Shown here: piece after piece, positions 32,030 to 42,271 of the stretch | Position numbering within the stretch: the stretch's first letter is position 1 | How the letters are laid out: each line of letters begins with the position of its first letter | Source of the DNA: an uncultured bacterium | GTDB taxonomy: Bacteria > Acidobacteriota > Thermoanaerobaculia > Multivoradales > J023 | DNA: 64,000 bases | Assembly (NCBI GenBank): GCA_965366625.1 | Contig: CBDUGP010000002.1 | Location: 153,561-217,560, forward strand | Direction: 5' to 3' | The notes under the pieces: model-generated | Seen by the model: the letters and a program-made list of their open reading frames with translations, nothing else | Told to the model about the DNA's origin: nothing | Databases searched by the model: none | Program-made: the position numbers and the translations under genes

Positions 32030-35000
32030 GTGTCCTTTGAGAAGAGATGTTCCCACGAGATAGCAACGAATGACCGGGAGCGGGGGAAGCTCTATTTTGA
32101 GCAACGCCGTATCAGAATCGACGCCAGCGACGACTACGGCCTCAACGCCACGGTTCGAGGCGCGGGTAGAACCTACGAGGTTCAAATAGATTGGTTCGAT
32201 TCGGAACACTCTGGAATTCTGACGGCATCCTGCCAATGCCCGAGATATATGGCTGGGCGCCTGTGCAAGCACATTTGGGCCACCTTATTGACCGCCGACC
32301 AGCGGGGAATGGGGAAAAAGGTCGCCGGCAACGGTCAGCTCCAGGTGTTCTTGGAGTCCAGTGACGCCGAGGCCTTGATCGACGACGAGGACGTTCGGAT
32401 CGGCCAGCCGGCCGTGGCGCAAAAAGAGAAGCTTTCCTGGCGCCAAAAATTCAGAAGCCTGCGCGAGCAAATCGAAGAAGAACTCCCCCTGGCAGGCAAA
32501 GACGCTTCCGATCCTCGGCGTTTCGCTCACTATCGGATCAATGTGCTGAAGAGCATGAATTCCAACCAGCTGGTGGTCGACGTCTTCCAACGCATGGGCA
32601 AGGAAGAGGGGGCCACCCTGCGTCGCATGGGCATTAGCGATTGGGAGAACGGTTCGCTGTTCTCAGAAGATCGAGAATTTCTCCGAGTCTTGCTCGCCAT
32701 GCCTCGCACCGGAGGAGCTTCTGCTGCCGATCGATCCGAGGCTTACCTCAGCGGCGTCGTGCCGCCGGTTCTTTACGAGAGCATCATCCCCCGCCTGTCC
32801 GCCACCGGACGATTCGGCTGGATCCACGGCGTGGACGAAGCCCACGTGGAGCACCATGAGCTGGAATGGGATATCGGTTCCCCGTGGGAATTTGTGCTCG
32901 AGGTGGAGCGCGAGGAAACCGGCGACCAAGTCCTCACTCGGATATCGGGTCGTTTAGAGCGCGACAGCGAGGTTAGTGAGCTGTCCCAACCCCTCTTGTT
33001 GCTCGAGGGCATCGTGGTTTTTCGCGAGCGCGTGGCACGGCTCGAAACGGATCGACACTATTCCTGGATTTCCATGATCCGCCGGGACGGCGAGGTCAAA
33101 ATTCCCGAATCGGAAATCGATGCCATGCTCGAGGATCTGTGGAGCATGCCGGTGCTGCCGCCCCTCGACATCCCGGTGCAATGGTTGTTGGATGAGATTT
33201 TCGTCGACCCGACTCCCGGGATCACGTTCCGAACCATGGGCAGCGACCAACTGCCCCCAATGCTCGAAGGCAATATTTGGTTCGATTACGACGGTTTCTT
33301 GGTGGACGACAAATACGAGAAGCGAGCGGGATCCAAAGACCGGATCGTCGATCGCCCCCACGGCCGCTTGATTTTCAGGGATATCGAGAGAGAAAAAGAT
33401 CTGCGGGAAGACCTGAAAGAGCACGGGTTGCTGATTTTTCAACCCGAAGAAGGCTCCAAGGCCAAACGTGCAAGGTATCGGGCGAGACTGCGGGATTTTC
33501 CCGAGATTGCTACTCGGCTGATCGACCACGGATGGTTGGTAGATGCCGAAGGTCAACGCTTGCGCAGGATCAGCAAACCCCAGCTGAGTCTCAGCGTATC
33601 TGCGAGTGTCGATTGGTTCGAACTCGAAGGCGAGGTGGAATACGGTAATACCACGGCGAGCTTGCCGGCCATTCTCTCCGCCATCCGACGTGGCGAATTC
33701 TTTGTCCGTCTCGACGACGGTACTCATGGGTTGCTGCCCGAAGAGTGGATCGAGAGATATGCCGCGTTGGCGGCGAGCATTGTCGAGCCGAGCGACGCCG
33801 AAGAACCCGTCCGGTTCCTGCCTTCCCAAACGCTGCTGTTGGACAATCTGCTCAAAGGTGAGGACGTTGAGCTGGGTCGGGACTTTGAGAAGGTCCGTTC
33901 CCAGCTTCAGGCGTTTGAATCCATAGAAGCCGCCAAGGAGCCCAGGGGTTTCAAGGGAACCCTTCGGACCTACCAACAAGAAGGATTGGGTTGGCTCAAA
34001 TTTCTCAAGGACAACGGCTTCGGTGGCTGCTTGGCGGACGATATGGGTCTCGGCAAGACCGTCCAAGTCTTGGCTCTGCTGCAGCTGCGGCGAGCCCGTC
34101 CGGTGCCGGCCTGGGAACGTTTGCCATCGGTGATCGTCGTGCCGCGCAGCTTGGTCCACAATTGGATCGAAGAGGCCGCTCGCTTCACCCCAAAGCTGCG
34201 GTTGCTGAATTACACCGGTCCCGGTCGCGAGGAGTTCATGGACTTCTTCGACGAATACGACGTCATCGTGACGACCTACGGCACCATGCGTCGGGATATT
34301 GAAGAACTCCAGAAGATCGAATTCGATTACGCCATTCTCGATGAAGCTCAAGCGATCAAGAATTCTTCGTCGCAAGCGGCCAAGGCCTGTCGACAAATCC
34401 GATCCCAACATCGATTGGCGCTCACGGGAACACCGGTGGAGAATCACCTCGGCGAGCTGTGGTCCATTTTCGAATTCTTGAATCCGGGAATGCTCAGCCA
34501 ATCGGTGCTCAAGGACTTGGTGGGCACCGATACCGATGCCGAGCAGCTGGCCGCCATCTCGGCGGCCCTCAAGCCGTTTATCTTCCGCCGCACTAAAGAG
34601 CAAGTACTCAAGGATCTGCCGGCCAAGACCGAGCTGACCCTCTACTGTGAACTCGACGGTGAACAACTCAAGCTCTACGACGAGCTGAGGGATCATTACC
34701 GCGCCTCCCTCAACGAGCGAATTGAGCAGGTTGGATTGAAAAAATCCAAAATTCAGGTGCTCGAAGCGCTGCTGCGTCTTCGCCAAGCCGCGTGCCATCC
34801 CGGTTTGATCGACAGCGAGCGGTCAGCAGAGCCGAGCGCCAAGATAGACACATTGTTGGAGCACTTGGAAGAGGTTTTGGACGAGGGTCACAAGGCTTTG
34901 GTGTTCTCCCAATTCACATCTCTGCTGTCGATCTTGCGCCAGCGCTTGGATCCGCGAGGGGTGACCTACGAATATCTCGATGGCCGAACCCGTCGGCGGC

Positions 35001-35341
35001 AGGAAAAAGTGCAGCGCTTCCAAACGGATCCGGATTGCCGGCTCTTCCTGATCAGCTTGAAAGCCGGTGGTGTGGGCTTGAATCTCACCGCTGCGGACTA
35101 CGTCTTCATTCTGGATCCGTGGTGGAATCCCGCGGTCGAAGCCCAGGCCGTGGATCGCGCCCATCGGATCGGCCAAACTCGTCCGGTCTTTGCCTATCGA
35201 TTGATCAGCCGGGGTACGGTCGAAGAGAAAATCATGGAGCTACAGGGCTCGAAGAAACAGCTGGCCGACGCGATCCTCTCCGCCGACAAGAGCTTGATCG
35301 GGGACCTCTCGGCCGACGATTTGAAGATTCTTCTCAGCTAA
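32030..35341 (+). CDS. SWIM zinc-finger SNF2-family helicase/ATPase
   Basis: CQCP..CKH SWIM finger, LADDMGLGKT, DEAQ, LTGTP, FSQF and QAVDRAHRIGQ motifs. Confidence 0.95.
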   Translation: MSFEKRCSHEIATNDRERGKLYFEQRRIRIDASDDYGLNATVRGAGRTYEVQIDWFDSEHSGILTASCQCPRYMAGRLCKHIWATLLTADQRGMGKKVAGNGQLQVFLESSDAEALIDDEDVRIGQPAVAQKEKLSWRQKFRSLREQIEEELPLAGKDASDPRRFAHYRINVLKSMNSNQLVVDVFQRMGKEEGATLRRMGISDWENGSLFSEDREFLRVLLAMPRTGGASAADRSEAYLSGVVPPVLYESIIPRLSATGRFGWIHGVDEAHVEHHELEWDIGSPWEFVLEVEREETGDQVLTRISGRLERDSEVSELSQPLLLLEGIVVFRERVARLETDRHYSWISMIRRDGEVKIPESEIDAMLEDLWSMPVLPPLDIPVQWLLDEIFVDPTPGITFRTMGSDQLPPMLEGNIWFDYDGFLVDDKYEKRAGSKDRIVDRPHGRLIFRDIEREKDLREDLKEHGLLIFQPEEGSKAKRARYRARLRDFPEIATRLIDHGWLVDAEGQRLRRISKPQLSLSVSASVDWFELEGEVEYGNTTASLPAILSAIRRGEFFVRLDDGTHGLLPEEWIERYAALAASIVEPSDAEEPVRFLPSQTLLLDNLLKGEDVELGRDFEKVRSQLQAFESIEAAKEPRGFKGTLRTYQQEGLGWLKFLKDNGFGGCLADDMGLGKTVQVLALLQLRRARPVPAWERLPSVIVVPRSLVHNWIEEAARFTPKLRLLNYTGPGREEFMDFFDEYDVIVTTYGTMRRDIEELQKIEFDYAILDEAQAIKNSSSQAAKACRQIRSQHRLALTGTPVENHLGELWSIFEFLNPGMLSQSVLKDLVGTDTDAEQLAAISAALKPFIFRRTKEQVLKDLPAKTELTLYCELDGEQLKLYDELRDHYRASLNERIEQVGLKKSKIQVLEALLRLRQAACHPGLIDSERSAEPSAKIDTLLEHLEEVLDEGHKALVFSQFTSLLSILRQRLDPRGVTYEYLDGRTRRRQEKVQRFQTDPDCRLFLISLKAGGVGLNLTAADYVFILDPWWNPAVEAQAVDRAHRIGQTRPVFAYRLISRGTVEEKIMELQGSKKQLADAILSADKSLIGDLSADDLKILLS

Positions 35342-35362
35342 CTAGACATTTCGGAATTTCCA

Positions 35363-35387
35363 CAAGTCATTGATTATAAATGACTTG
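35363..35387. promoter_or_regulatory. AT-rich palindrome containing an IHF consensus
   Basis: CAAGTCATT-GATTATA-AATGACTTG; the minus strand contains AATCAATGACTTG. Confidence 0.5.
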
Positions 35388-35486
35388 ATGTAGGGGGCTT
35401 GTTCCCTCCCGCTCTTCCTTAAGGAGCGGCTCGGCTTCGCCTCGCCCGGGCGGGGGCAAGCCCGGGGCAAGCTACGCCCCTACATC
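35387..35486. repeat. GTAG-type REP/REPIN-like inverted-repeat element
   Basis: Terminal IR GATGTAGGGG...CCCCTACATC encloses nested stems (GGGCTTG/CAAGCCC, CCGCTC/GAGCGG); lies between convergent genes. Confidence 0.55.
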
Positions 35487-35547
35487 CGGAGGTTTGCGGG
35501 CGTAGCCCGCTACTAAGTTCGGCCCATCCAGGGATGGACCTGGCTGG

Positions 35548-38307
35548 TCAGGAGAGTCCGAGCACGCTTTTTAAGCAGAGCACGAGTTCGACTTGGCGAT
35601 AGGGTTTTTGTAGGAAACCCGCCAAGGATTCGTCATCGAAGCGCTCAGCGGCGATTTGCTCGCTATAACCACTGGAAAGCACGACCTTGACGGAGGGGTC
35701 GATGAGCCTCAGGCGGCGGAAGGTCTCCTGCCCATCCATCTTCGGCATGGTCATGTCTAGGATGACCACCGAGATTTGGCCTGCGTGCAAACCGTAGATT
35801 TCCAGGGCCTGCTCTCCCCCCTCCGCGTCCAACACCACCAAACCCAGCCGCTCGAGCATTCTGCGGGCCATGTGCCGAACGCTGTGATCGTCATCAACCA
35901 GCAGGATGGTGCCCGGCATCGTAAGGCTGTCAGCGTCTGTTTGCTGAGCATCTTCTTCTTGCTCAACCTCGTCTACGCACGGCAGTAAAACCGTGAAGGT
36001 CGAGCCCTCGCCGGGCTCGCTCTGCACCTTGATGCCCCCGCGGTGTCCGCGGACAATGCCGAGCACTGCGGCCAAGCCCAAACCGCGGCCGGTGAATTTG
36101 GTGGTGAAGAAAGGATCGAAAATCTTCGACTGGATTTCTTCGGCCATGCCGATGCCGTTGTCGGAAATTTCGATGAAGGCGTAGTGACCCTTCGGCAGAT
36201 CGTCCGCTAGGAAGGTGTCCTTCAAATCGTCTTGCTCGTAGAAGCCGGTTCCGGTGCGAACCAAAATGACTCCACCGTCTTCGTCCAGAGCCTCCGAAGC
36301 GTTGTTCACCAAGCTCATAATGACTTGGCGGAGCTGGGAAATATCCCCTTCGACCTTGCGCAGATCTTTCGGCAGATGGAAGTTGAGAATCGCGTTCTTG
36401 CCGATGGAGCTATCCAGCAGGTGATCGATCTCTTCGATCATCACCGAGAGATCGGTGGGCTCTACCAGGAACTGGCCACGCCCGGAATATGCGAGCATTT
36501 GTTTGGTGAGATCCGAGGCGCGCACCGCAGCGGTTTCGATCTGCTCGAGATCCTTGAACGAAGACGAAGCAGGGTCCAGATCCTGGAGCACCAGACTCGC
36601 GTTGCCCAGGATCACCATCAGCAGGTTGTTGAAATCGTGGGCGATACCACCTGCCAAAACGCCCAGACTCTCCAGCTTCTGAGCTTGTCGAACTCGGGCG
36701 TCGAGGCGCTCTCGGTCTTCTTCCGCCAGCCGCTTCTCGTTGATGTCCTCGATCACCGAAACCCAATGTACAGCGCCTTCAATGTCGAGGCTTTGTATGC
36801 GGGCAATGGTGTGAAATGCGGAGCCGTCTTTTCGGCGATGGGTGAAGTCGCCGACATAGGTTCCGTGATCTTTGAGCTGGTGGGTGAGTTCACTGAGAGA
36901 GAAATCTTTGGGTGTGCCGTGGAGTTCGCTCAAATGCTGGCCGATCATTTCTCCCGGCCCAAAGCCGAACATTTCGTCCAACGCTCGATTGGTGTAGAGC
37001 ACGAACCCGCCTTGGTTGGCGAGGGTCACTCCCTCGATCATGCTTTCCAAGACTTGGGATTGGATCTTGTGGATTCGCTCCGAGCGTTTTCGTTCGGTGA
37101 TGTCCTGACCGATGCAACTGAGGGAAACCGTGCTGCCGTCTTGTAGGTGGGCGTTGACGGTCCATAGGAGGTCATGGATTTCACCGGTGCGGCTGACCAA
37201 CCTATTCTCGAAGTGAACATCGGTAGGCGTTCCCATGCGCCAGATCTCGAGCTGTTGTTGGGTCCGTTCTCGATCCTCCGTATGCACGAAATGGAGGAAG
37301 GGAAAGTCGACACATTCTTCGGGCTCCGAGCCGAGAATCTCTCGGCAAATGGGGTTGGCGAATTCCAGTCGGCCGTCGGGGTCAATTTGCAACACCAGAT
37401 TATTGGTGCCCTCGATCAGCTCCCGGTGCCATTGCTCGCTGGAGGTGAGCCGTAGCTCGGTGTTGCGCCGTTCCGTGATGTCCGTGCACGTGGCCACGAA
37501 GCCGAGTAACTCACCATCGGACCTAAATCGCGGCACGCCCTCGTCCAGCATCCAGTGGAAGGTTCCGTCTTGGGCCGCCATTCGATATTCGATTTTGAAT
37601 CCGTGCCGGGCATGCAAGGCATCCCGGAAAGCTTCCAAATAGTCGTCGAGATCGTCCTTGTGAACATGGGCGGTCCAACCGAGCCCCAAGTCCTCTTCAG
37701 CCGGTCTGCCGGTGAACGAAATCCATGAGCTATTGAAATAGTCACGCTCACCATTGGAGCAGGAGGTCCAGATCAGGGCGGGTAGGCTGTCGACGATGTG
37801 GTGGAAGTGGGAGGCGCGAAGTTCTTTTTCGGCCTCCGGCGGGATGGGAAAGCTCTCGGCAGGACGCTCGATTCGAACGCTGCAGCGGTGTTTGCAGGAT
37901 TCGCTGTCCACGGCCTCGTCGACGGCGGGCATTGGGGAGACGGCAAAGCCCAATCGCCGTGCGGGTTGGGTGTTGGTGTCTAGGTATTGGAAGCGGGTGG
38001 TTCCGTGATTGCGCCAGGCGTCTAGACAACTTTCTTGCCAAAGGCCGAGCAACTCTTTGCCCAGGTTGGAAATGGCTAGGTCGCAGCCATGGTAGGCGGA
38101 TTGTGGGCCCTCGAGATTGAGCAGCTCGGCAAAGGCGGGAGTGCAGGTCAACAAACGTAGGTGGTCGGGGGGCTCCAGCTCTACCACGCCCAGTTGAATA
38201 TCCGATGCCTCGAGCGCCGAAGCCAGCAGCGATCGGTTGCTCGAGCCGGCCGTAGATCTTCGGCCGGCTGGCTCGGATTCATGCTCTGACTGGCTGGGTT
38301 TGAGCAT
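35548..38307 (-). CDS. Cytoplasmic multi-PAS hybrid sensor histidine kinase / receiver
   Basis: At least three PAS/PAC repeats (DITER), H-box AHDFNNLL, DNGIG, FDPFFTTK, GLGL and a receiver domain (LLVDD, LDMTMP, KP). Confidence 0.95.
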   Translation of the reverse strand: MLKPSQSEHESEPAGRRSTAGSSNRSLLASALEASDIQLGVVELEPPDHLRLLTCTPAFAELLNLEGPQSAYHGCDLAISNLGKELLGLWQESCLDAWRNHGTTRFQYLDTNTQPARRLGFAVSPMPAVDEAVDSESCKHRCSVRIERPAESFPIPPEAEKELRASHFHHIVDSLPALIWTSCSNGERDYFNSSWISFTGRPAEEDLGLGWTAHVHKDDLDDYLEAFRDALHARHGFKIEYRMAAQDGTFHWMLDEGVPRFRSDGELLGFVATCTDITERRNTELRLTSSEQWHRELIEGTNNLVLQIDPDGRLEFANPICREILGSEPEECVDFPFLHFVHTEDRERTQQQLEIWRMGTPTDVHFENRLVSRTGEIHDLLWTVNAHLQDGSTVSLSCIGQDITERKRSERIHKIQSQVLESMIEGVTLANQGGFVLYTNRALDEMFGFGPGEMIGQHLSELHGTPKDFSLSELTHQLKDHGTYVGDFTHRRKDGSAFHTIARIQSLDIEGAVHWVSVIEDINEKRLAEEDRERLDARVRQAQKLESLGVLAGGIAHDFNNLLMVILGNASLVLQDLDPASSSFKDLEQIETAAVRASDLTKQMLAYSGRGQFLVEPTDLSVMIEEIDHLLDSSIGKNAILNFHLPKDLRKVEGDISQLRQVIMSLVNNASEALDEDGGVILVRTGTGFYEQDDLKDTFLADDLPKGHYAFIEISDNGIGMAEEIQSKIFDPFFTTKFTGRGLGLAAVLGIVRGHRGGIKVQSEPGEGSTFTVLLPCVDEVEQEEDAQQTDADSLTMPGTILLVDDDHSVRHMARRMLERLGLVVLDAEGGEQALEIYGLHAGQISVVILDMTMPKMDGQETFRRLRLIDPSVKVVLSSGYSEQIAAERFDDESLAGFLQKPYRQVELVLCLKSVLGLS

Positions 38308-38672
38308 TAAGGTCTCGCCGGAAAAGGAGCCCGATGCGCGGTCCCTCTCGACCTACCAGGTTCGCCGCCGTAACCGCCGGTTGGGCGAACTTGGGGCGAA
38401 CCCTACATCTGAGTCCGGTGAAGAGCTGCAGAGCTACCCGGAAGTCTCAGGTTTTCGCTTCGGAGCCGATCGCGCGGCCCACACAGGCCACAGAGATTCT
38501 TCATCTAAAAGGCAAATACGTGAGCACACATCGAAAAGCAAAGGAGATCCATCGACACAAATCGACCGACGAACACCTTCAGCATATAAGCCCGGCGCAA
38601 AGTAGAGAACAAAGAATTTATCTTGACTATAAATCTGTTTCAACGGTCAGGGCTGAATGTACCCACGGCGCT

Positions 38673-40373
38673 CTATTGGGTATTTGGTGGCAGTCGCCTG
38701 AGTGCCTCTTGAGCTGGTTGGAACTCGGGGTCCAACTCCATGGCCAAACGCAGCCGACCCTTGGCGCTGTCCAGATCTCCTCGCTGCAGATCCAGACCCG
38801 CTAGGCTCATGAGGGCACGGGCTTTCAGCGGATCCGAAACGGAATCATCTTCGACCAACGCCGAAAGGTGAATGGCGGCCCGTTGCGAATCGCCGAGTTG
38901 TACCAAGGCGCCTGCGATCCGAAGCCGTTCGGCTGGATCCGTCGGAGGGTTTTCGTCCAGCAGGCGCGCCATTTCCGCCGCTGCTTCGTTGCGACGGCCT
39001 AGGCTCACCAATATTTGGGCTCGCTTGCCCCGCGCTTGCGGATGGTCCGGCTCTAAGGCGAGAACTCGATCGAGGCTCGCCAGGGCCTCGGCCAATAAGC
39101 CCTGGGATTGTTGGGCGTTGGCGAGAGCCAACCAAGAAGGGGAAAAGTCCGGGTGGGCGGCCAAAACCCTGCGCAGGGTCGTCACTGCCTCAGCGGCCTG
39201 CCCTGTTTGAAGCAGCAGAATCGCCAAGTCGTTGGCGAGGGTCGGCGAGCTGGGATCGAGTTCCGCGGCTCGACGGTAAAAACGGATGGCCGTCGGCAGA
39301 TCTCCTTTTTCTGCCCAGCCTCTCCCGAGGGCCTGGTGGGCGATCGGATCCTGTGGCGCGAGTTCCACGGCTCGGCGGAACTCCGCGATAGCGGTGTCTA
39401 TGTCGCCGGCGAAGCGGGCGTGTTGGCCGCGGGTGATAAAAGCCGCCGCGCCGGTGGTCAGCTCACCCAGACGGGCGTCCAGGGGATCGATGCAGCGTGC
39501 TCGTCCACCGATGCTCTTTTCTCGCTCTGCGCTACGCTGTAAGTAGACCTGGGCTTCTTTTTCTCGCCCGGCCCGTTTTAGAGCCTGTCCCAAAGGAAAC
39601 AACACCTGCAACGCATCGCTTTGGATATGCAGGGTACGCTCGAAATGCTCCACAGCCTCCGACGGTCGATCTTCGGTCAAAGCCAGCTGTCCCAGCTCGA
39701 AGTAGGCCGCCGGGCATCGTCGATCGTCCGAAGCGGCCCGTTCGAGCCAGGATCTCGCTTTGTCGCCTTGGTTGGCCTGCCGCAGCACCCGGCCCAAACG
39801 CCAAGCCGTGGCTGTGTGGATGTGGTCGGTCTGCTCGGAAGCCGGGGCGGCATCGATTCTCTTCCAGGCGAGCTCGAAAAGCTCGATCGCTTCCGGCAAG
39901 CGCCCCAGCCGTTGGGCCACGGAGCCGGCGTAATAGCTCCACTCGGCAGAAAGGGGGTCAAGGCGGCGGGCTAGATCGTAGCTCTGCTGGGCTGCCGGCA
40001 AGAGATCGTAGGCGTGGTAGAGCATGGCCAGCGAGCCGATTTTCGCGCCCAGCTCGCTCCCTCTTAGCCCCGAGCCGAGATGTTGCAATGCGACCTCGCG
40101 AGCGTTCGACAGCTGAAGGCGAACGGACGGATCCATGTGGGAGAGATCGGGATCGGGGAGTTCGGACGCCGATAGCTCAGAGCTGCCGGCAGGTCTGTCG
40201 ACTTCAACCGTCTCGAAATCATTCTCGGCAGCAACCGTCTCGGCAGCGTTGCCCTCGGCGACCTGGTCTGTACCCATGGGGTCCCCAGCCGCCTTGTCGT
40301 TCTTGTTTCCATCGCAGCCGATTATGAGGCTGATCACGAGCCCGAACGCGGGAATGAGGTGGCGGTGGGTCAT
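38673..40373 (-). CDS. TPR-repeat lipoprotein
   Basis: IIGC lipobox, LPDPDLS..DP.VR N-domain, TPRs and a DPL..L motif. Confidence 0.87.
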   Translation of the reverse strand: MTHRHLIPAFGLVISLIIGCDGNKNDKAAGDPMGTDQVAEGNAAETVAAENDFETVEVDRPAGSSELSASELPDPDLSHMDPSVRLQLSNAREVALQHLGSGLRGSELGAKIGSLAMLYHAYDLLPAAQQSYDLARRLDPLSAEWSYYAGSVAQRLGRLPEAIELFELAWKRIDAAPASEQTDHIHTATAWRLGRVLRQANQGDKARSWLERAASDDRRCPAAYFELGQLALTEDRPSEAVEHFERTLHIQSDALQVLFPLGQALKRAGREKEAQVYLQRSAEREKSIGGRARCIDPLDARLGELTTGAAAFITRGQHARFAGDIDTAIAEFRRAVELAPQDPIAHQALGRGWAEKGDLPTAIRFYRRAAELDPSSPTLANDLAILLLQTGQAAEAVTTLRRVLAAHPDFSPSWLALANAQQSQGLLAEALASLDRVLALEPDHPQARGKRAQILVSLGRRNEAAAEMARLLDENPPTDPAERLRIAGALVQLGDSQRAAIHLSALVEDDSVSDPLKARALMSLAGLDLQRGDLDSAKGRLRLAMELDPEFQPAQEALRRLPPNTQ

Positions 40374-42271
40374 GGTTCACTTACCAGGGGCCCTGGCCCT
40401 TGAAGCCCCCGGCCTTGGATAAGGGCCGTATATTGGTTTGTGGTGAGTATTTCAAAGACCTCCAGGGTACCGTCGACCCACCGAATTTCGACCTGTTGTG
40501 CTGAGGCTTGTTGTGCTGAGGCCTGTTGGGCTGAGGCTGAGTCGGCTTCCAAGACGACGAGCCTGCGTGGATCCCGGGCGCTGGCATAGCTGCCGTCAGT
40601 GCCGATTCGCACTCTGCGCGGAGAAATAATAGTAGCCCCTAGAGCGTCTCGTCCGTGGATGTCCAGCAGACGCAGCCCGAGCCATCGACGGGAGCCGGAA
40701 TGGTGATCCCCGGAACGATTGATCAGCAGTTCGAGCGGCCCGGCATTGTTGGAAATCACCAAATCGGAATCGCCGTCATTGTCCACATCGCCGACGGCCA
40801 GGCCTCTGCCCACCGATTTTTTCGCGAAGGCCAGACCTGCCTTTTCAGGATCCATAAGCTCGAAGCCCGTGCCGGTATTCCGGTAGAGCTGTTTGTGCAT
40901 TTTGAGCGGATGAGGCTCGCCCGCCTCGAGCTGCTCGGGAATTACCTTGACCGCTCCGGCCACCGCCGCGACGTCTAATCGGCCGTCCAGATCGACGTCT
41001 AGAAAGGCGACTCCAAAACCGGTCGAGTCCCAACTTGGGCCACCCAACCCGCTGGATCGGCTGCGGTCGATGAACCCACCACGACCGTCGTTGGCGTAAT
41101 AGGTGTTGGTTTCCAGCTCCAAATGGGTGAGCAAAAGGTCGTCGTCGCCGTCGCCATCTGGGTCGCCGGCGACGATGCCCATGCCCGCCTCGGCTTGACC
41201 TTCTTGATTCACGGAAATTCCGGCGGGCACGGCTATCTCCACGAAACCGCCCGAGCTTCCCGACACTCGGTTGTGCCACAAATGATTGGGCATGCCGTCG
41301 TTGGCCACCGCTAGATCCAGTCGGCCGTCGTCATCGAAGTCGAAGACCACGACTCCCAGGCCGGCGGCCGGCTCGGCGACGATGCCGAGCTTGCGGGTCA
41401 CGTCTTCGAAGGTGCCGTCGCCTCGATTCCTGTACAGGCGGTCGGCCACGGCGGGATGGGTCAAGGGACCGCAATAGTCGAGCATTCCAGTGAGTGATTT
41501 ACACGGTTTAGCCCGGGCAATGCTGAAGTCCACGTAGTGAACGACGAAGAGATCGAGATCGCCGTCCCGATCGAAGTCGAAGAAGGCCGCAGAAACCGAC
41601 CACTTCTCCGAGCCCAGGGACGCACGAGTTGTGAAATCCTCGAAGGTGCCGTCGCCTCGATTGCGCCACAGTTGGTCGGGACCGTCGTTCATCACATAGA
41701 GATCCGGAAAGCCGTCGTTGTCCACGTCGCCCACTGCCACGCCCATGCCGTAGCCATCGGCAACGATGCCCGACTCGGCGGTGACGTCGGTGAAGATCAG
41801 TTCTCCGCTGGGCTCGACCTCATTGCGGTATAAGCGATCGATCCAAGGTGGCTCAGGGGGCGTGAACACGGCCGCCTCGGCGGATTGGCCGGGATTTACC
41901 ATCCGCCCCTGGACCACATAGAGATCGAGATCCCCGTCGCGATCGAAATCGATCCAGGCCAATCCGGAGCCCATCATTTCCGAATAGAGCCGTTGTCCGG
42001 TCATGCCGTTGAAATGTCGAAAGCCACCGAGGCCGGCGGCGGCGGTGTGATCTTCAAAAATAGGTAGGGTCGAGTCCGGTGTTGGAGCCGGCACGCCGCC
42101 TTGAGAGCCCAGGGCAGTGGATTCCGTACGCTCAGCGGAGTCGGCAGATTTCTCGGCCGGTGCGGCGCATCCGACGACCATTCCGACCACGGCCAGTGCA
42201 AGAGCCGCCATTCCAAGCCCCGCCAGAAAGCCGGTCGGTTTCGTCGATCCGAGCGAGTCAGTGCCCATCAT
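40370..42271 (-). CDS. CRTAC1-family FG-GAP beta-propeller + ASPIC/UnbV lipoprotein
   Basis: VVGC lipobox and DxDxDGxxD repeats; close paralogue of 27529-29337; contains an ASAQQ tandem insert. Confidence 0.9.
   Translation of the reverse strand: MMGTDSLGSTKPTGFLAGLGMAALALAVVGMVVGCAAPAEKSADSAERTESTALGSQGGVPAPTPDSTLPIFEDHTAAAGLGGFRHFNGMTGQRLYSEMMGSGLAWIDFDRDGDLDLYVVQGRMVNPGQSAEAAVFTPPEPPWIDRLYRNEVEPSGELIFTDVTAESGIVADGYGMGVAVGDVDNDGFPDLYVMNDGPDQLWRNRGDGTFEDFTTRASLGSEKWSVSAAFFDFDRDGDLDLFVVHYVDFSIARAKPCKSLTGMLDYCGPLTHPAVADRLYRNRGDGTFEDVTRKLGIVAEPAAGLGVVVFDFDDDGRLDLAVANDGMPNHLWHNRVSGSSGGFVEIAVPAGISVNQEGQAEAGMGIVAGDPDGDGDDDLLLTHLELETNTYYANDGRGGFIDRSRSSGLGGPSWDSTGFGVAFLDVDLDGRLDVAAVAGAVKVIPEQLEAGEPHPLKMHKQLYRNTGTGFELMDPEKAGLAFAKKSVGRGLAVGDVDNDGDSDLVISNNAGPLELLINRSGDHHSGSRRWLGLRLLDIHGRDALGATIISPRRVRIGTDGSYASARDPRRLVVLEADSASAQQASAQQASAQQVEIRWVDGTLEVFEILTTNQYTALIQGRGLQGPGPLVSEP

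Noticed and set aside
32954-34798. 614-aa minus-strand ORF antisense to the SNF2 gene
   Set aside because: Shadow frame of a well-conserved gene.
32030-35341. SNF2 helicase considered as an anti-phage defence system
   Set aside because: Standalone SWIM-SNF2 type with no methylase, nuclease or other defence partner nearby.
38237-38804. Short ORFs between the kinase and TPR genes
   Set aside because: Mutually overlapping, no motifs, and they partly cover the REP-like sequence.
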